Positions 63,490-64,000 of a DNA stretch of 64,000 bases are shown here, piece by piece (the stretch's first letter is position 1; every line of letters starts with the position of its first letter). Source of the DNA: Malacoraja senta (taxonomy: Eukaryota); NCBI GenBank assembly GCA_038087875.1, contig CM075995.1, forward strand, positions 9,364,001 through 9,428,000. The letters run 5' to 3'. The translations under genes were made by a program, and so were the position numbers. Under the pieces are notes generated by a model. The model was not told the origin of the DNA and ran no database searches. It worked only from the letters and a program-made list of their open reading frames with translations.

Positions 63490-63928
63490 GCGACAATGAG
63501 GCATACAATGATAAAATTTAATCAGGAGGCAGTCAGGCTAGTCGGAGAACTGGGATAGGGAGGGGTGGAGAGAGAGGGAAAGCAAGGGTTACTTGAAGTT
63601 GGAGAAGTCAGTTATCATACCGTTGGATTGTAATCAAAATATAAGCTGCCCAAGCAAAATATGAGGTGCTGTTCCTCCAATTTGCGCTGGGCCTCATTCT
63701 GTCAGTGGAGGAGGCCCAGGACAGAAAGGGCAGTGGGAATGGGAGGGGGAGTCAAGGGTTTTGCAACCGGGAGATCATGTGGGACTAGGCGGACTGAGCG
63801 TATCCCTGTGTCTCCCACTCCCCTGACTCTCAGTCTGAAGAAGGGTCTCGACCCGAAACATCACCCATTCCTTCTATCCAGAGATGCTGCCTGCCCGCTG
63901 AGTTACTTCAGCATTTTGTGTCTATCCT
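63490..63928. mobile_element. Penelope-like fragment (minus strand endonuclease C-terminus) joined to a + strand terminal repeat
   Basis: The minus strand at about 63640-63790 encodes KLEEQHLIFCLGSL. ctgaagaagggtctcgacccgaaac begins at 63835. Confidence 0.7.
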
Positions 63929-64000
63929 GCAAACCTGTACCTTTTTCGGAGTGTGGGAGGAAAGCAAGAGCTCCTAGAGAAGACCCACGCAGGTCACGGA

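Noticed and set aside
51329..64000. Next HIVEP1 exon (acidic region after the last finger)
   Set aside because: No suitable phase-1 acidic exon was found by eye; it probably lies beyond the window.

Overview
Vertebrate genomic DNA, most likely a cartilaginous fish (skate/ray-type; inferred from the HE1/V-SINE, HER1/CR1, Rex1 and Penelope repeat content). The whole window lies inside one + strand gene, HIVEP1 (Schnurri-1/ZAS1). Five coding exons join in frame: 7482-7565, a 6041-nt exon at 30730-36770, 39715-39842, 47763-47938 and 51227-51328. The start exon and the final exons were not found and probably lie outside the window. The introns are dense with CR1, Rex1/Babar and Penelope fragments, V-SINEs, a Tc1 element, Harbinger-type MITEs and tandem arrays. 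Most notable: (1) a non-autonomous Helitron (60876-62411, minus strand) apparently carrying a captured 5' fragment of ALG13; (2) many Penelope-derived terminal repeats with a minimal hammerhead-ribozyme-like core, some as palindromes or 66-bp tandem arrays; (3) a GC-AG intron; (4) a 30-bp in-frame duplication inside a HIVEP1 exon; (5) a 77-bp Tc1 mini-element. All family assignments are by eye and from recalled sequences; no database search was run. Repeat boundaries without a TSD are approximate.
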